A stretch of DNA of 63,308 nt, the filler included, from Nitrospinota bacterium (lineage in GTDB: Bacteria; JAUXIQ01), in NCBI GenBank assembly GCA_030620925.1. It is 13 parts of 13 records of this genome, joined end to end, with 100 filler letters (N's around TTAATTAATTAA, not from the genome) between each part and the next. Parts side by side here need not be neighbours in the genome. Positions count along the whole stretch, not along the records: positions 35,944 to 46,693 come from JAUXIQ010000032.1; positions 46,794 to 51,278 come from JAUXIQ010000217.1; positions 51,379 to 54,213 come from JAUXIQ010000399.1; 10 more parts are not named here. One strand, 5' to 3'. The number at the start of each line of letters is the position of its first letter. Position 1 is the stretch's first letter. The notes below the pieces were generated by a model. The model was not told the origin of the DNA. It ran no database searches and saw nothing but the letters and a program-made list of their open reading frames with translations. Shown piece after piece: positions 41,986 through 51,989 of this stretch. The position numbers and the translations under genes are program-made.

Positions 41986-43182
41986 TCACATCGCTAAAAA
42001 GAAATCCATCAATTGATACCCGTTTTTGAACTCCCTTACGGGTGCGGTCGCCAGCTCTTCGCTGAAAGCTTCCCGGCCCTCGGAGCTCACTCCCGTGCCG
42101 CAAATGGCGAAGGGGACGGGATCGGCACTATGCGTCCTTATGGATAAAGGCGTGTAGTGATCGGGCATAACCAGCACCCGATGGTCCCCCAGGGCTCGAA
42201 GTCCGTCCATCATGCGGCCCACCACCAGCTCGTCGAAATCCTCTATGGCTTTAACTTTCTTTTCCGGCTCTCCTTCGTGGCCCGTCTCATCAGGCGCTTC
42301 AACGTGAAGATAGAGGAAATCTCCCTCCTCGAGGGCTTCCAGTCCGTAATCCACTTTGCCCCGATAATTGGTATCCAGGTAGCCGGTGGCCCCGGGCACT
42401 TCGATGGTCTTCAACCCCAGACAGCGCGCTATGCCCATTATAAGGTCCACGGCGGCTATGACCGCGCCGTCCAAACCATGCTTCTCCTTGAAGGAAGGCA
42501 TCTGCGGGGCCCTGCCGCAGCCCCATAGCCAGACGCTGTCCGCGGCGTTCTTCCCTTCCTCCCTCCGTTTGCGGTTGACGGGGTGTTCTTTCAGCCACTG
42601 CCGGCTGCGCTCCATGAGCTCTAACATCTCCCCGCTCCCTTCGCCGCCGGGCAGGTATTCTACCACAGGCCTGGTGAGTATGTCGTGGGGGGGCGTGAGC
42701 TCAAGCTGCTCCGGCCCACCTTTCCAGACGGTGAGGTGGCGGTAGCTTTTACCGGGGTAAAACTTTATATATTCCGTCCCCAGCTCCCGCTGCAATCCGG
42801 TTATCAGGGTCGAAGCCTCGGAGTCGGTTATATGGCCGGCGCTGTAATCCTCCATTATGGTAACCCCGGCCCGCACCCCCAGAGTCACCAGGTTGCAGCG
42901 GAAGGCCACTTCATCGGGGCCCAGCTCCACCCCCATGCTAGCGGCCTCAAGGGGCGCCCTGCCGCTGTAATAACGGTGGGGGTCGTAGCCCAGGATGCTC
43001 AGGTTGGCCACGTCGCTGCCGGGGGACATGCCGTCCGGTATGGTGTGCGCACTGCCTGTCATGCCCTCCTTGACCAGGGCGTCCATGTTGGGCGTGTGCG
43101 CCACCTGCAGGGGAGTCCTGTCTCCCAATTGCGGGCACGGCTCGTCGGCCATGCCGTCACCTATTAACACCACGTATTTCAA
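41986..43182 (-). CDS. apgM: ApgM-family cofactor-independent phosphoglycerate mutase / proposed homoserine kinase
   Basis: IGDGMAD, PGSDVAN, GRAPLEAAS, HVEAPDETGH and PDHYTP. Confidence 0.9.
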   Translation of the reverse strand: MKYVVLIGDGMADEPCPQLGDRTPLQVAHTPNMDALVKEGMTGSAHTIPDGMSPGSDVANLSILGYDPHRYYSGRAPLEAASMGVELGPDEVAFRCNLVTLGVRAGVTIMEDYSAGHITDSEASTLITGLQRELGTEYIKFYPGKSYRHLTVWKGGPEQLELTPPHDILTRPVVEYLPGGEGSGEMLELMERSRQWLKEHPVNRKRREEGKNAADSVWLWGCGRAPQMPSFKEKHGLDGAVIAAVDLIMGIARCLGLKTIEVPGATGYLDTNYRGKVDYGLEALEEGDFLYLHVEAPDETGHEGEPEKKVKAIEDFDELVVGRMMDGLRALGDHRVLVMPDHYTPLSIRTHSADPVPFAICGTGVSSEGREAFSEELATAPVREFKNGYQLMDFFLAM

Positions 43183-43241
43183 AACCCGCCTCGCTCTTTA
43201 TCCGGTAAACTTTATTCGTGATAGGGCCTAAGAACAACTCC

Positions 43242-44555
43242 TCATCCGGCCCTCTCGTTTTCCACGCGGATCAGCATGGTCTCCTCGAGGACGAAATCGA
43301 ACCTGGTTATCTCTCGCAGCGACCGCTGAACGTCCTCCTCCCGGGCCTTATGAGTCATCATCACCAACGGCACTGCGCCGCCTTCCCGCCTCCCCTTCTG
43401 GATGACGGAGGCGATGCTTATACCGGCAGCGCCCAGTATACCTGAAATCCGGGAGAGCACCCCGGACTTGTCCATGACTGTGAAACGAAGATAGTATTCG
43501 GTCTCTATATCATTAATGTCCCTCACCCTGAGTCCGTTTTGAGGATCCCGGTTGCGGGTGGGAGGGGGGAGCCTCTCCTTAACGCCCTTGAGCAGTTCCC
43601 GGCTGATTTCTATCACGTCACCCATGACCGCGCTTGCCGTGGGCAGCGAGCCGGCTCCCTGTCCGATGAGGGTGTTGGGCCCTGCCATGTCCCCTATCAC
43701 GTGGACGGCGTTGTATACCCCGCTCACTTTCGCCAGCAGCTCGTCCTCGGGGATAAGGGCCGGGTGCACCCGTAACTCCACTTCGCCGCCCACACGCTTG
43801 GCCACGGCCAGAAGTTTTATCCGGTAACCGAACTCGCGGGCGTATTGGATATCCAGCGGGGTGATATCGGTTATTCCCCTGCAAAAAACAGCTTCCAGGT
43901 CGAGAGGGATGCCGAAAGCCAGCGAAGCCAGAATGGCTATCTTATGCGCCGAATCTATTCCCTCGATATCGTAAGTGGGGTCCGCCTCAGCGTAACCCAG
44001 GACCTGCGCTTCCTCAAGCACCTCGCCAAACGGCCTTCCCTCCTCAGCCATTTTGCTGAGTATGTAGTTGGCGGTACCGTTGACGATCCCCTGGATGGCC
44101 TGAAACCTGTTGGCGGGGAAGCCTTCCCGGATTGCCCTGATAATGGGTATGCCTCCTCCCACACTGGCCTCGAAACCTATGGTCACCCCGTTATCGGCTG
44201 CGGCCTCGAACAGCTCTTCCCCGTGATGCGCCAGCAGGGCCTTGTTGGCGGTAACCACGTGTTTACCGTTCTCCACCGCCCGGAGGATGAAGCTCCTCGC
44301 CGGTTCCAGGCCGCCGATCAATTCTATGACTATGTCGATGTCCGGCCCGTCCAGCACCTCATCGGCGTTGGTGGTAAGCATCTCCTTTTCCACCTCCAGG
44401 CCCCGGTCGCTATCGATATCCAGGTCGGCTATCATTTTCAGCACCAGGGAGGCGCCCAGGCGTTGGTCGATGACCGGGGAGTTCCCCTGGAAAATCTTCA
44501 CCACGCCGCTGCCCACCGTTCCGAAACCGATGAGGCCCACGTTCACCTGTTTCAC
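43242..44555 (-). CDS. hom: Homoserine dehydrogenase
   Basis: GFGTVG, VTANKA, EASVGGGIP, GYAEADP and a C-terminal ACT domain. Confidence 0.97.
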   Translation of the reverse strand: MKQVNVGLIGFGTVGSGVVKIFQGNSPVIDQRLGASLVLKMIADLDIDSDRGLEVEKEMLTTNADEVLDGPDIDIVIELIGGLEPARSFILRAVENGKHVVTANKALLAHHGEELFEAAADNGVTIGFEASVGGGIPIIRAIREGFPANRFQAIQGIVNGTANYILSKMAEEGRPFGEVLEEAQVLGYAEADPTYDIEGIDSAHKIAILASLAFGIPLDLEAVFCRGITDITPLDIQYAREFGYRIKLLAVAKRVGGEVELRVHPALIPEDELLAKVSGVYNAVHVIGDMAGPNTLIGQGAGSLPTASAVMGDVIEISRELLKGVKERLPPPTRNRDPQNGLRVRDINDIETEYYLRFTVMDKSGVLSRISGILGAAGISIASVIQKGRREGGAVPLVMMTHKAREEDVQRSLREITRFDFVLEETMLIRVENERAG

Positions 44556-44616
44556 AAAACAGCCTCCGTCAAGAGAGTATCAAATTAAAAAATATTTTGA
44601 CTTTTTTACAGCTTCG

Positions 44617-45477
44617 CTACCCCGGCTTCTTCTCCAGCGCCTCTTCGGCGTTGAAAGAGCTCCTCACCAGTGGAGCCGAGGCCACGTACAGGAAACCCAG
44701 CTTCTCTCCTTCCTGCTTATAATATTCGAACTTATCCGGGTGTATATATTCCACCACGGGCAGATGCTCCTTCGAAGGCCGCAGATACTGACCGATGGTG
44801 AGCATGTCGCAGCCGGCCTCCCGCAAATCGTTCAGGACACCGAGGACCTCGCCCTCGCTCTCACCAAATCCCACCATGAGGCCCGACTTGGTGAACAGGC
44901 CCCCGCCCGATTCTTTTGCACAGCTCAGCACCCCGAGGGAGCGCCGATACTCCGCCTGTGGCCTCACCGCAGTGTACAGCCTGGGCACCGTCTCCAGGTT
45001 GTGGTTGAAAATGTGAGGCCCGCTTTGAAGCACAATTTCCAGAGCTTCGAGATTCCCTTGAAAATCGGGTGTGAGCACCTCGAGGGTCGCTTCCGGGAGT
45101 TCTTCCTTGAGGGCCAGGACCGTCGCTGCAAAATGGGAAGCACCGCCGTCCGGCAGGTCGTCCCTGGGGACGGAGGTGATCACCACGTGCTTTAATTTCA
45201 ACTGGCGGGCGGCATCGGCGATCTTCGACGGCTCCTCCCGGTCCAGGGCCTGCGGACTCCCATCGGCCACTGCGCAGAAACTGCAGTTTCTGGTGCAGAC
45301 GTCCCCCATAATCATAAACGTGGCCGTAGGTTTGGAGAAACACTGGAAGATATTGGGGCACATGGCCGATTCACAGACGGTGTGAAGACCTTTTTCCCTC
45401 AAAGCGGCCTTCACCTCATGTATTTCAGAGGAGCGGGAATATCGCTGTCTCAGCCACGGGGGCAATCTGTTGTTCAT
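44617..45477 (-). CDS. lipA: Lipoyl synthase
   Basis: TVCESAMCPNIFQC, CTRNCSFC, NHNLETV, GQYL and RSS. Confidence 0.97.
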   Translation of the reverse strand: MNNRLPPWLRQRYSRSSEIHEVKAALREKGLHTVCESAMCPNIFQCFSKPTATFMIMGDVCTRNCSFCAVADGSPQALDREEPSKIADAARQLKLKHVVITSVPRDDLPDGGASHFAATVLALKEELPEATLEVLTPDFQGNLEALEIVLQSGPHIFNHNLETVPRLYTAVRPQAEYRRSLGVLSCAKESGGGLFTKSGLMVGFGESEGEVLGVLNDLREAGCDMLTIGQYLRPSKEHLPVVEYIHPDKFEYYKQEGEKLGFLYVASAPLVRSSFNAEEALEKKPG

Positions 45478-45675
45478 GGGGAACTACCCGTCCGAAAGGG
45501 ATGCAAAAATAAAATAAAAATTAAGCCGCGGGCCGTCCGAATGGGGAGCTTAAAAGCAGCGAAGGTCATTTTAATGGACGGTACATTCATTATAACAGTG
45601 AAAAAAAGTATTCAATATTAAAAGTAATCAGCGGCGGATTGTCAATTATGAAAATCCGGGCCGCTCGAGCGCAAG

Positions 45676-46542
45676 TTAATAAATTATCCTCTCTAAAAAA
45701 CTTCCCAGGCCCGCCTCCCCGCCAATAGGCATGATGTGTATTCCCTTGACGGAATCCCTTATACGAGTCACAAACTCCGCGGCGATGTCCATACCCTCTT
45801 CCACAGAATCGGGCGAGACTTCGAGTCTCTTTATGATGCTCTCCGGAAGGGGTTTGTTGAGAAGCTTCTCGCTCATGAACTTGGCCATACCCACTGAGCG
45901 CAAGGGGGTGATCCCCACCAGAAAGCGCACACCGGTCTCGCTTTCGAGCTTCATGATAGTCTCCACCATTTCCATGGAGAAAACCGGCTGCGTCTGTATA
46001 TATCCCGCTCCGGCTTCTATCTTCTTTTTCAGCTTCATTACCTGGAGTTCCATGGGGTCGGCATAGGGGTTAAAAACAGCTCCGGCATTGAAACCGGTTG
46101 CCCCTTGCAGCGGATTTCCCATGGAGTCCGTGCCCCGCCCCAGTTCTCTCATAAATTCCAATAACTGCACGGAATCGAGGTCGAAAACCCCTTTAGCATT
46201 GGGGTGATCTCCCAGAGCTGGATGATCGCCGGTCATCACGCAGACGTTTCTGATGCCCATGGCCCATGCCCCCAACAAGTCTGACTGCAGGGCGATACGA
46301 TTTCGATCCCTGCAACAAACCTGCATGACCGGCTCGTGCCCGTAAGCTTTAAGCAGAGAGCAGGCGGACAGGGAGCTCATGCGCATGACGGCCCGCTGAT
46401 TATCGGTGATGTTTATAGCATCGACCTTCCCCCTCACCGAATCGGCCAAATCCATCATATTTTCTATGTCCGCGCCCTTGGGCGGAGATATTTCAACAGT
46501 CACCACCCTCTCGCCTGAAGCTATCTTCTCCTTAAAACCCAT
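45676..46542 (-). CDS. metF: Methylenetetrahydrofolate reductase
   Basis: EISPPKG, NITDNQRA, CRDRNRIALQSDL, TGDH and QTQ. Confidence 0.93.
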   Translation of the reverse strand: MGFKEKIASGERVVTVEISPPKGADIENMMDLADSVRGKVDAINITDNQRAVMRMSSLSACSLLKAYGHEPVMQVCCRDRNRIALQSDLLGAWAMGIRNVCVMTGDHPALGDHPNAKGVFDLDSVQLLEFMRELGRGTDSMGNPLQGATGFNAGAVFNPYADPMELQVMKLKKKIEAGAGYIQTQPVFSMEMVETIMKLESETGVRFLVGITPLRSVGMAKFMSEKLLNKPLPESIIKRLEVSPDSVEEGMDIAAEFVTRIRDSVKGIHIMPIGGEAGLGSFLERIIY

Positions 46543-46620
46543 ATTTCTTCTCCGGTAATAATGAAAAAAGCCGCGTCAATATCACCCCATAAAGGATATG
46601 AATGCCCGTTTATAAACTAA

Positions 46621-46692
46621 TCACCACTCTCCTTTCAATATCCCCTTACCGGTATTCACCCTGCGAGGATGGGTCGATCGCAAGTGGTCCTT
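46621..46692 (-). CDS. C-terminal end of a probable MetV (MTHFR partner) protein
   Basis: Manual translation KDHLRSTHPRRVNTGKGILKGEW*; the call rests mainly on its position upstream of metF. Confidence 0.45.
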   Translation of the reverse strand, partial: KDHLRSTHPRRVNTGKGILKGEW

Positions 46693-46793
46693 CNNNNNNN
46701 NNNNNNNNNNNNNNNNNNNNNNNNNNNNNNNNNNNNNTTAATTAATTAANNNNNNNNNNNNNNNNNNNNNNNNNNNNNNNNNNNNNNNNNNNN

Positions 46794-46964
46794 GTGGAGA
46801 CCGTCTACGGGAAAGTAAAAGTCAAGCTCGGTAAAGCAGGAGGAAGGATAACTAAGGCATCCCCCGAGGCCGAAAGCTGCATGCAACTCGCCGCTGAAAA
46901 GCAGGTTCCAGTCAGACTGGTTTACGACGAAGCCAAGAGAGCCTCCCAAACCCTGATACAGTGA
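46794..46964 (+). CDS. larC: Nickel-pincer cofactor biosynthesis LarC, C-terminal fragment
   Basis: Manual translation VETVYGKVKVK...ASPEAESCMQLAAEKQVPVRLVYDEA. Confidence 0.8.
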   Translation: METVYGKVKVKLGKAGGRITKASPEAESCMQLAAEKQVPVRLVYDEAKRASQTLIQ

Positions 46965-47238
46965 GTTATAAAGTCAATAACTGGTGTAGGACATTCCATG
47001 GAAAGATGCGAGATTGTTTCGATATTTAAATAAATTTGTGTTATTGTAATTTTTTTCTTGACTTGCCTAAAACTATTTTTTATATATATTAATGTCTGAA
47101 ATGTTATCTTATTGAAATATATCATTTTTTCGATTTTATTTCTGGCCAAACCAATTAATTTGGGTTGTTGTTGCGGTTTTCCTTTAATAATGGAGAAATT
47201 CTTTAAAAGTTAAGATTATGAATGAGAAAGAGGTAGAA

Positions 47239-48051
47239 ATGGTTAAAAGAGAAAAGAGCAGGTATGTAGTTCAATCCGTGATGCACACCCTCGACATCTT
47301 GGAATCTTTCAGCGATCAAGAGGATGAGCTAAGCATTACAGAACTCTGTAATAGACTCGAATTGCACAAGAAGAACGTCCAGCGCCTTTTGAATACCCTG
47401 GAAGAAAGAGGGTATATCGAGCAAAACAAAATGACCGGCAACTACCGGCTGGGGCTGGGCATATTCGAAATGGGCCAGGTCTTCTTTCACAAAATGGGTC
47501 TTCTTAAGCAGGCCCGTCCCGTGTTGGAGGATCTGGTGAACAAGTGCAATGAGACCGCCTACGTGGGCGTTCTCAGGGGTGAAGAAATCGTCTACCTGGA
47601 TACGGTGGAAACCACCCAGTCTGTCCGCATCATATCCCGCGTTGGTTGGCGAGTGCCCGCGTACTGTACCGCCATAGGCAAATCCCAGATAGCTTTCCTG
47701 CCTGAAAACGAGATCAAGGAACTCCTGAGCAGGACGGAGCTGAAAGCTTATACGAAAAAGACCATCACAGAACAGGATAAGATAATAGAGCACCTCAAGA
47801 ACGTCGGCTCCAGGGGATACGCCGTGGACGAGGGGGAATACGAGACGGACATAAAGTGCGTGGGTGTTCCCATCAGGGATTACTCTCTCAAAGTGATTGC
47901 GGGCATAACCATATCCGGCCCAAGTTCCCGCATGGGTGAGGAAAAGATCAAGCCGGAGTTAATAGAGCGGGTTATGGAAACGGGAGCGGAAATATCCAGG
48001 CGGATGGGCTACGACATCGGGCTGAGCCATCCTGAAGAAGAGTCCGTATAA
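47239..48051 (+). CDS. IclR family transcriptional regulator
   Basis: VQSVMHTLDILE HTH start, YRLG, CTAIGK and GYAVDEGE. Confidence 0.95.
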   Translation: MVKREKSRYVVQSVMHTLDILESFSDQEDELSITELCNRLELHKKNVQRLLNTLEERGYIEQNKMTGNYRLGLGIFEMGQVFFHKMGLLKQARPVLEDLVNKCNETAYVGVLRGEEIVYLDTVETTQSVRIISRVGWRVPAYCTAIGKSQIAFLPENEIKELLSRTELKAYTKKTITEQDKIIEHLKNVGSRGYAVDEGEYETDIKCVGVPIRDYSLKVIAGITISGPSSRMGEEKIKPELIERVMETGAEISRRMGYDIGLSHPEEESV

Positions 48052-48290
48052 TCAATCCTCCTTCTGTCTGCCGAAAAGAAAAGCGGAACATATCTGTTCC
48101 GCTTTTCTTTTTCAAGCAGCCCGGTGCCCGGGAAAGTTTGACCGTTGATAAAAGAGCCCTTATAGAATATAATTTATTCGAATCCAATTATTTCCGATTT
48201 AATTAGAAATAGAACTTCGCGGCAGCAGGCCCCAATCGGTAATACAAAATCTCACTGTGAAAACCGCCCGCAAGGGAGAACATTTCAGTT

Positions 48291-49433
48291 TTGATTTTCA
48301 AAGAAACATGGCTCGCTTTTGACATAGACGTGGACAGGTTCATCGCTCACGAAGCCACCACTGAACAGGCGATTAATATTCTTAAGGAAGGTTTGTTCTC
48401 ATGCTCTGCCAATAGTAACCACGATGAGGGCAGCATATATTTTTATGAAGGTCTGAAGCAGGGGCTCCTCGACCGAGTATATTTCATTAAGCCCAAAAAA
48501 TCTTTCATCGGAGAACAGAGGCATAAAGGCTATCGCCTCGATTTCGGCCCTCATCAACGGGGGGAAAAATTTTACGCCGTCGGCCCCCTTCTGCGCATGG
48601 ATGGCACCAATGAACCTATTACTGACGGATGCTCCATCCAGGCCCGGGATTCCCTGGTGCTTTTGACCTCGAAAGACGGCGAAATCGAAGACCTCCCATT
48701 GTGGAAAGAAGCGGAGCACTTTATCCTGGAGGACCTCGAGGATTTTTCTCGCTCGGTTTCCTCTGCAATCTGCCAGGCCAAAGCCGGCCTGTGGGCGGAT
48801 CATTACAAGGCCATGAAAGCCATCCTTCTTGATGGCAAACCGTTTACGGGAAAAAATCTGGAGACCTTGATAACCCATCTCCCCATCGAACTGACGAACC
48901 TGAGCGGCGTAGCCCAGAATTTCGGCCATCTGGGATTGGACCCCCTCCAGCATTCCATCGTAGCGCTCCAGGTTCTGGAAACCTCCCCCACCGCTGCGGA
49001 ATTGAAGGAGGTCACCGTCGGAGGCGAGTCCTCTTGCGACGAGATAGCGCGTTGTGCGGTGCTCTTCCACGACCTGGGGAAAAAACTGGAACCCCTTGAT
49101 CCCTTTCACGCAGAGCTTTCCGGGCCCATGGCCGAATTCCACCTCAGGTGCATGGAGTACAACGATCTCGAGGTGGCGGTCATAAAACGTTTGGTCGAAA
49201 CCCATGACGTCATTGGACGCATAAAAAAAGGGGAAATCTCCTGCTCAGAGGGTTATCATGAGCTTTGCGACGGTCTACCGAAATCCATTGACCGGGAGAT
49301 TATGGTTAAGCTTCATCATGAAATCGCAAGCGCTGACATGGGCTCCATACCTTATCTTCATGGGATAAGCACGAAGCCGGAGAGAGAAGAACTGTTGCGC
49401 CTGGCGCGCACTGACACGGCTGATGGAATATAG
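48291..49433 (+). CDS. HD-domain protein with an unusual N-terminal (ART-like?) domain
   Basis: C-terminal H...AVLFHDLGK...HAELS...HD...AD; N-terminal HEAT..AINILKEGL...GSIYF; TTG start after AAGGGAG. Confidence 0.75.
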   Translation: MIFKETWLAFDIDVDRFIAHEATTEQAINILKEGLFSCSANSNHDEGSIYFYEGLKQGLLDRVYFIKPKKSFIGEQRHKGYRLDFGPHQRGEKFYAVGPLLRMDGTNEPITDGCSIQARDSLVLLTSKDGEIEDLPLWKEAEHFILEDLEDFSRSVSSAICQAKAGLWADHYKAMKAILLDGKPFTGKNLETLITHLPIELTNLSGVAQNFGHLGLDPLQHSIVALQVLETSPTAAELKEVTVGGESSCDEIARCAVLFHDLGKKLEPLDPFHAELSGPMAEFHLRCMEYNDLEVAVIKRLVETHDVIGRIKKGEISCSEGYHELCDGLPKSIDREIMVKLHHEIASADMGSIPYLHGISTKPEREELLRLARTDTADGI

Positions 49434-49561
49434 CGAGTTATGGAGATAATTACCTTGACGCTCCTCCATCTTTTTGTGTACCATCGATTTACAACCTTAT
49501 TTTGAGGCTCCAGCCATTTTTTTGCTCATACCAAAGGCTAACACCATGAGGGGACACGAAA

Positions 49562-50965
49562 TTGAAAAATGCTGACAAGATAACAACCCTGGGAGAACTG
49601 AAAGCATCCGGGTACAAAGTGCTGCCCGTGAAGGAAGAAATGCGAAAAAACCTTGTAGTAAAAATTCGCAAGGGTGAAGTGTTGTTCCCCGGCATCATCG
49701 GCTTCGATGATACGGTCAACCCACAGATTGAAAACGCAATCCTATCCGGGCAGGATATGATATTTCTGGGCGAAAGAGGCCAGGCCAAGACCAGGATCAT
49801 CCGCAGCCTGATCAATCTTCTGGACGAAAAAGTGCCCGCGGTGGCCGGCTGCGAGATAAACGACAACCCTTATAACCCCATCTGCAAAAACTGCCGGGAG
49901 AACCTTAAAGAAAAAGGAGACGACCTGGCGATAGAATGGATATCCAGGGAAGAGAGATACGGGGAAAAACTAGCCACCCCCGACGTTACCACCGCCGATC
50001 TCATCGGCGAAGTGGACCCCATAAAAGTGGCGGAAGGTAGATACCTCTCAGACGAGCTTACCATCCATTTCGGCCTGGTCCCCCGCACCAATCGCGGCAT
50101 CTTCTCCCTCAACGAACTTCCCGACCTATCGGAAAAAATCCAGGTGGGCCTGTTCAACATCATGGAGGAGAGAGACATTCAGATACGCGGTTTCAAAGTG
50201 CGCCTTCCCCTGGATGTCCTTGTGGTGGCTACTGCCAATCCAGAGGATTACACCAACAGGGGCCGCATAATCACCCCGCTCAAAGACAGGTACGGAGCCG
50301 AGGTGCGCACGCATTATCCCAGGAACATAGACGATGAAGTGCAAATAATGGAGCAGGAGCGCCTACGATTCACGGATGAGGGGTTCTCGCTGCAAGTACC
50401 CATGTTCATGAAAGAGATTATCGCCGAGCTATCCAGCGTCGCCCGCCGCAGCCCGGATGTCAACCAGCGCTCGGGGATCAGTGTTCGAATGAGCATCGAC
50501 AACTACGAGAGTCTTTTGAGCAGCGCCCTCAAGCGGAGCATAAAATTGGGGGAGTCTGAGGTCGTGCCGCGGGTCAGCGACCTGCCCCATACGATTCCCT
50601 CCACCACGGGCAAAATCGAGCTGGAGAGCGTGGAGGACGGCAGGGGAAACAAAGTAGTCGAAGACCTGATGAAGAAAGCCGTCAGGAGAGTGTTCAACCA
50701 ATACCTCAAGGTAGACGATTTCACCGACTTCATAGCCCGGTTCAACTCCGGAGACGCCATAGAAATCTCGGATATGAAGCCGGCGAAGGAATATGCTAAC
50801 CTGGTGAGTAAATATACCGAGATCATGGACGGCGTGGTGAACCTGGAGTGTTTCGGAAACGCTTCCATGATCGCCTCCGGGGTGGAATTCGTCCTCGAGG
50901 GGCTGCATCTGAGCGAGCAGCTTAACAAGGAAATCAAAGAAGGCCGGATAGAGTATCGGGGTTAA
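49562..50965 (+). CDS. Magnesium chelatase-like AAA+ ATPase
   Basis: GERGQAKT, EKLATPD, NELPDL and ANPEDYTNRGRIITPLKDR. Confidence 0.9.
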   Translation: MKNADKITTLGELKASGYKVLPVKEEMRKNLVVKIRKGEVLFPGIIGFDDTVNPQIENAILSGQDMIFLGERGQAKTRIIRSLINLLDEKVPAVAGCEINDNPYNPICKNCRENLKEKGDDLAIEWISREERYGEKLATPDVTTADLIGEVDPIKVAEGRYLSDELTIHFGLVPRTNRGIFSLNELPDLSEKIQVGLFNIMEERDIQIRGFKVRLPLDVLVVATANPEDYTNRGRIITPLKDRYGAEVRTHYPRNIDDEVQIMEQERLRFTDEGFSLQVPMFMKEIIAELSSVARRSPDVNQRSGISVRMSIDNYESLLSSALKRSIKLGESEVVPRVSDLPHTIPSTTGKIELESVEDGRGNKVVEDLMKKAVRRVFNQYLKVDDFTDFIARFNSGDAIEISDMKPAKEYANLVSKYTEIMDGVVNLECFGNASMIASGVEFVLEGLHLSEQLNKEIKEGRIEYRG

Positions 50966-50967
50966 AT

Positions 50968-51278
50968 ATGAAACGAATCATATACAGCAAGTGGGACGGC
51001 ACCCAACAGGTTTACGACCTGGACGAACAGGAACTGTTGGACAGCCTGTCCGATTATTTCATCCAGACCGGTGACATAAACTGGGCACTCAACGCCCTCA
51101 TGCAGCGCGGCTTCAACCTCGCCAGCGGGGAGCGCATCCCCGGCATCGACGACCTGATCCAGCAGATACAGAACATGAAGCGGGAGTTGATGGAAAAATA
51201 CTCTGGAGACCCGGCGAGAGATGAAATCAAGCGCGAGCTGGAAAATTTCGATGAGAGACAGGTTCAAAAAATAAAAGA
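50968..51278 (+). CDS. Probable vWA-domain partner protein, N-terminal fragment
   Basis: YSKWDGTQ start typical of the vWA partner of this AAA family; cut by the contig end, so the vWA domain itself is not visible. Confidence 0.65.
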
Positions 51279-51378
51279 NNNNNNNNNNNNNNNNNNNNNN
51301 NNNNNNNNNNNNNNNNNNNNNNTTAATTAATTAANNNNNNNNNNNNNNNNNNNNNNNNNNNNNNNNNNNNNNNNNNNN

Positions 51379-51936
51379 ATACCACTTCTCATCGACCCTG
51401 ACAACGGCGTTAAAGAAGAAATTAGACCCGATATCCTGATAGACGCCGTCATGGCCAAAGTCAACACTGGCACCGGCATAGACGACGCTCATCTGGTGAT
51501 CGCCCTGGGCCCCGGGTTCACCGCCGGAAAGGACGTTCACGTGGTGGTCGAGACCAATCGCGGGCATAACCTGGGTCGACTCATCTTATCGGGACAGGCC
51601 GAACCCAATACCAGCGAGCCGGCACCCCGCATGGGATATACCGAAGAGAGAGTGCTGCGGGCCCCCGCAGACGGTGTATTCAGGGCACTGAAGAAAATCG
51701 GTGACGTGGTGAAAACAGGGGAGACGGTCTGCATGGTGGACGAAATCCCCGTCATCGCAGAAATAGACGGTGTGCTGAGAGGCATACTCATGGACGACCT
51801 CGATGTAGAAAAAGGCCTCAAGGCAGGGGACATCGATCCCCGCGCCGACCGGTCGCACTGTTTCACCATCTCCGATAAAGCAAGGGCCATAGGCGGCGCG
51901 GTGCTGGAAGGAATCCTCATTCATTACAACATCTGA
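51379..51936 (+). CDS. yqeB: Selenium-dependent molybdenum hydroxylase system protein YqeB (5' truncated)
   Basis: DAVMAK, ALGPGFTAG, ETNRGHNLG, ERVLRAP, GDIDPR and SDKARAIGG. Confidence 0.92.
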   Translation: MPLLIDPDNGVKEEIRPDILIDAVMAKVNTGTGIDDAHLVIALGPGFTAGKDVHVVVETNRGHNLGRLILSGQAEPNTSEPAPRMGYTEERVLRAPADGVFRALKKIGDVVKTGETVCMVDEIPVIAEIDGVLRGILMDDLDVEKGLKAGDIDPRADRSHCFTISDKARAIGGAVLEGILIHYNI

Positions 51937-51989
51937 ACAGGCAAGCGAAAGCCTTTCCTGGCACATAAGACAAAACCGGCGATCTTCTT

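Noticed and set aside
45484-45570. c-di-GMP-I riboswitch-like string (TCCGAAAGGGATGCAAA)
   Set aside because: Lacks the GGCAAA lead-in and P2 stem, and is antisense to the flanking genes.
46621-46964. Functional linkage of genes across linkers (for example metF with larC, or vWA with yqeB)
   Set aside because: They are on different contigs, so the adjacency is arbitrary.
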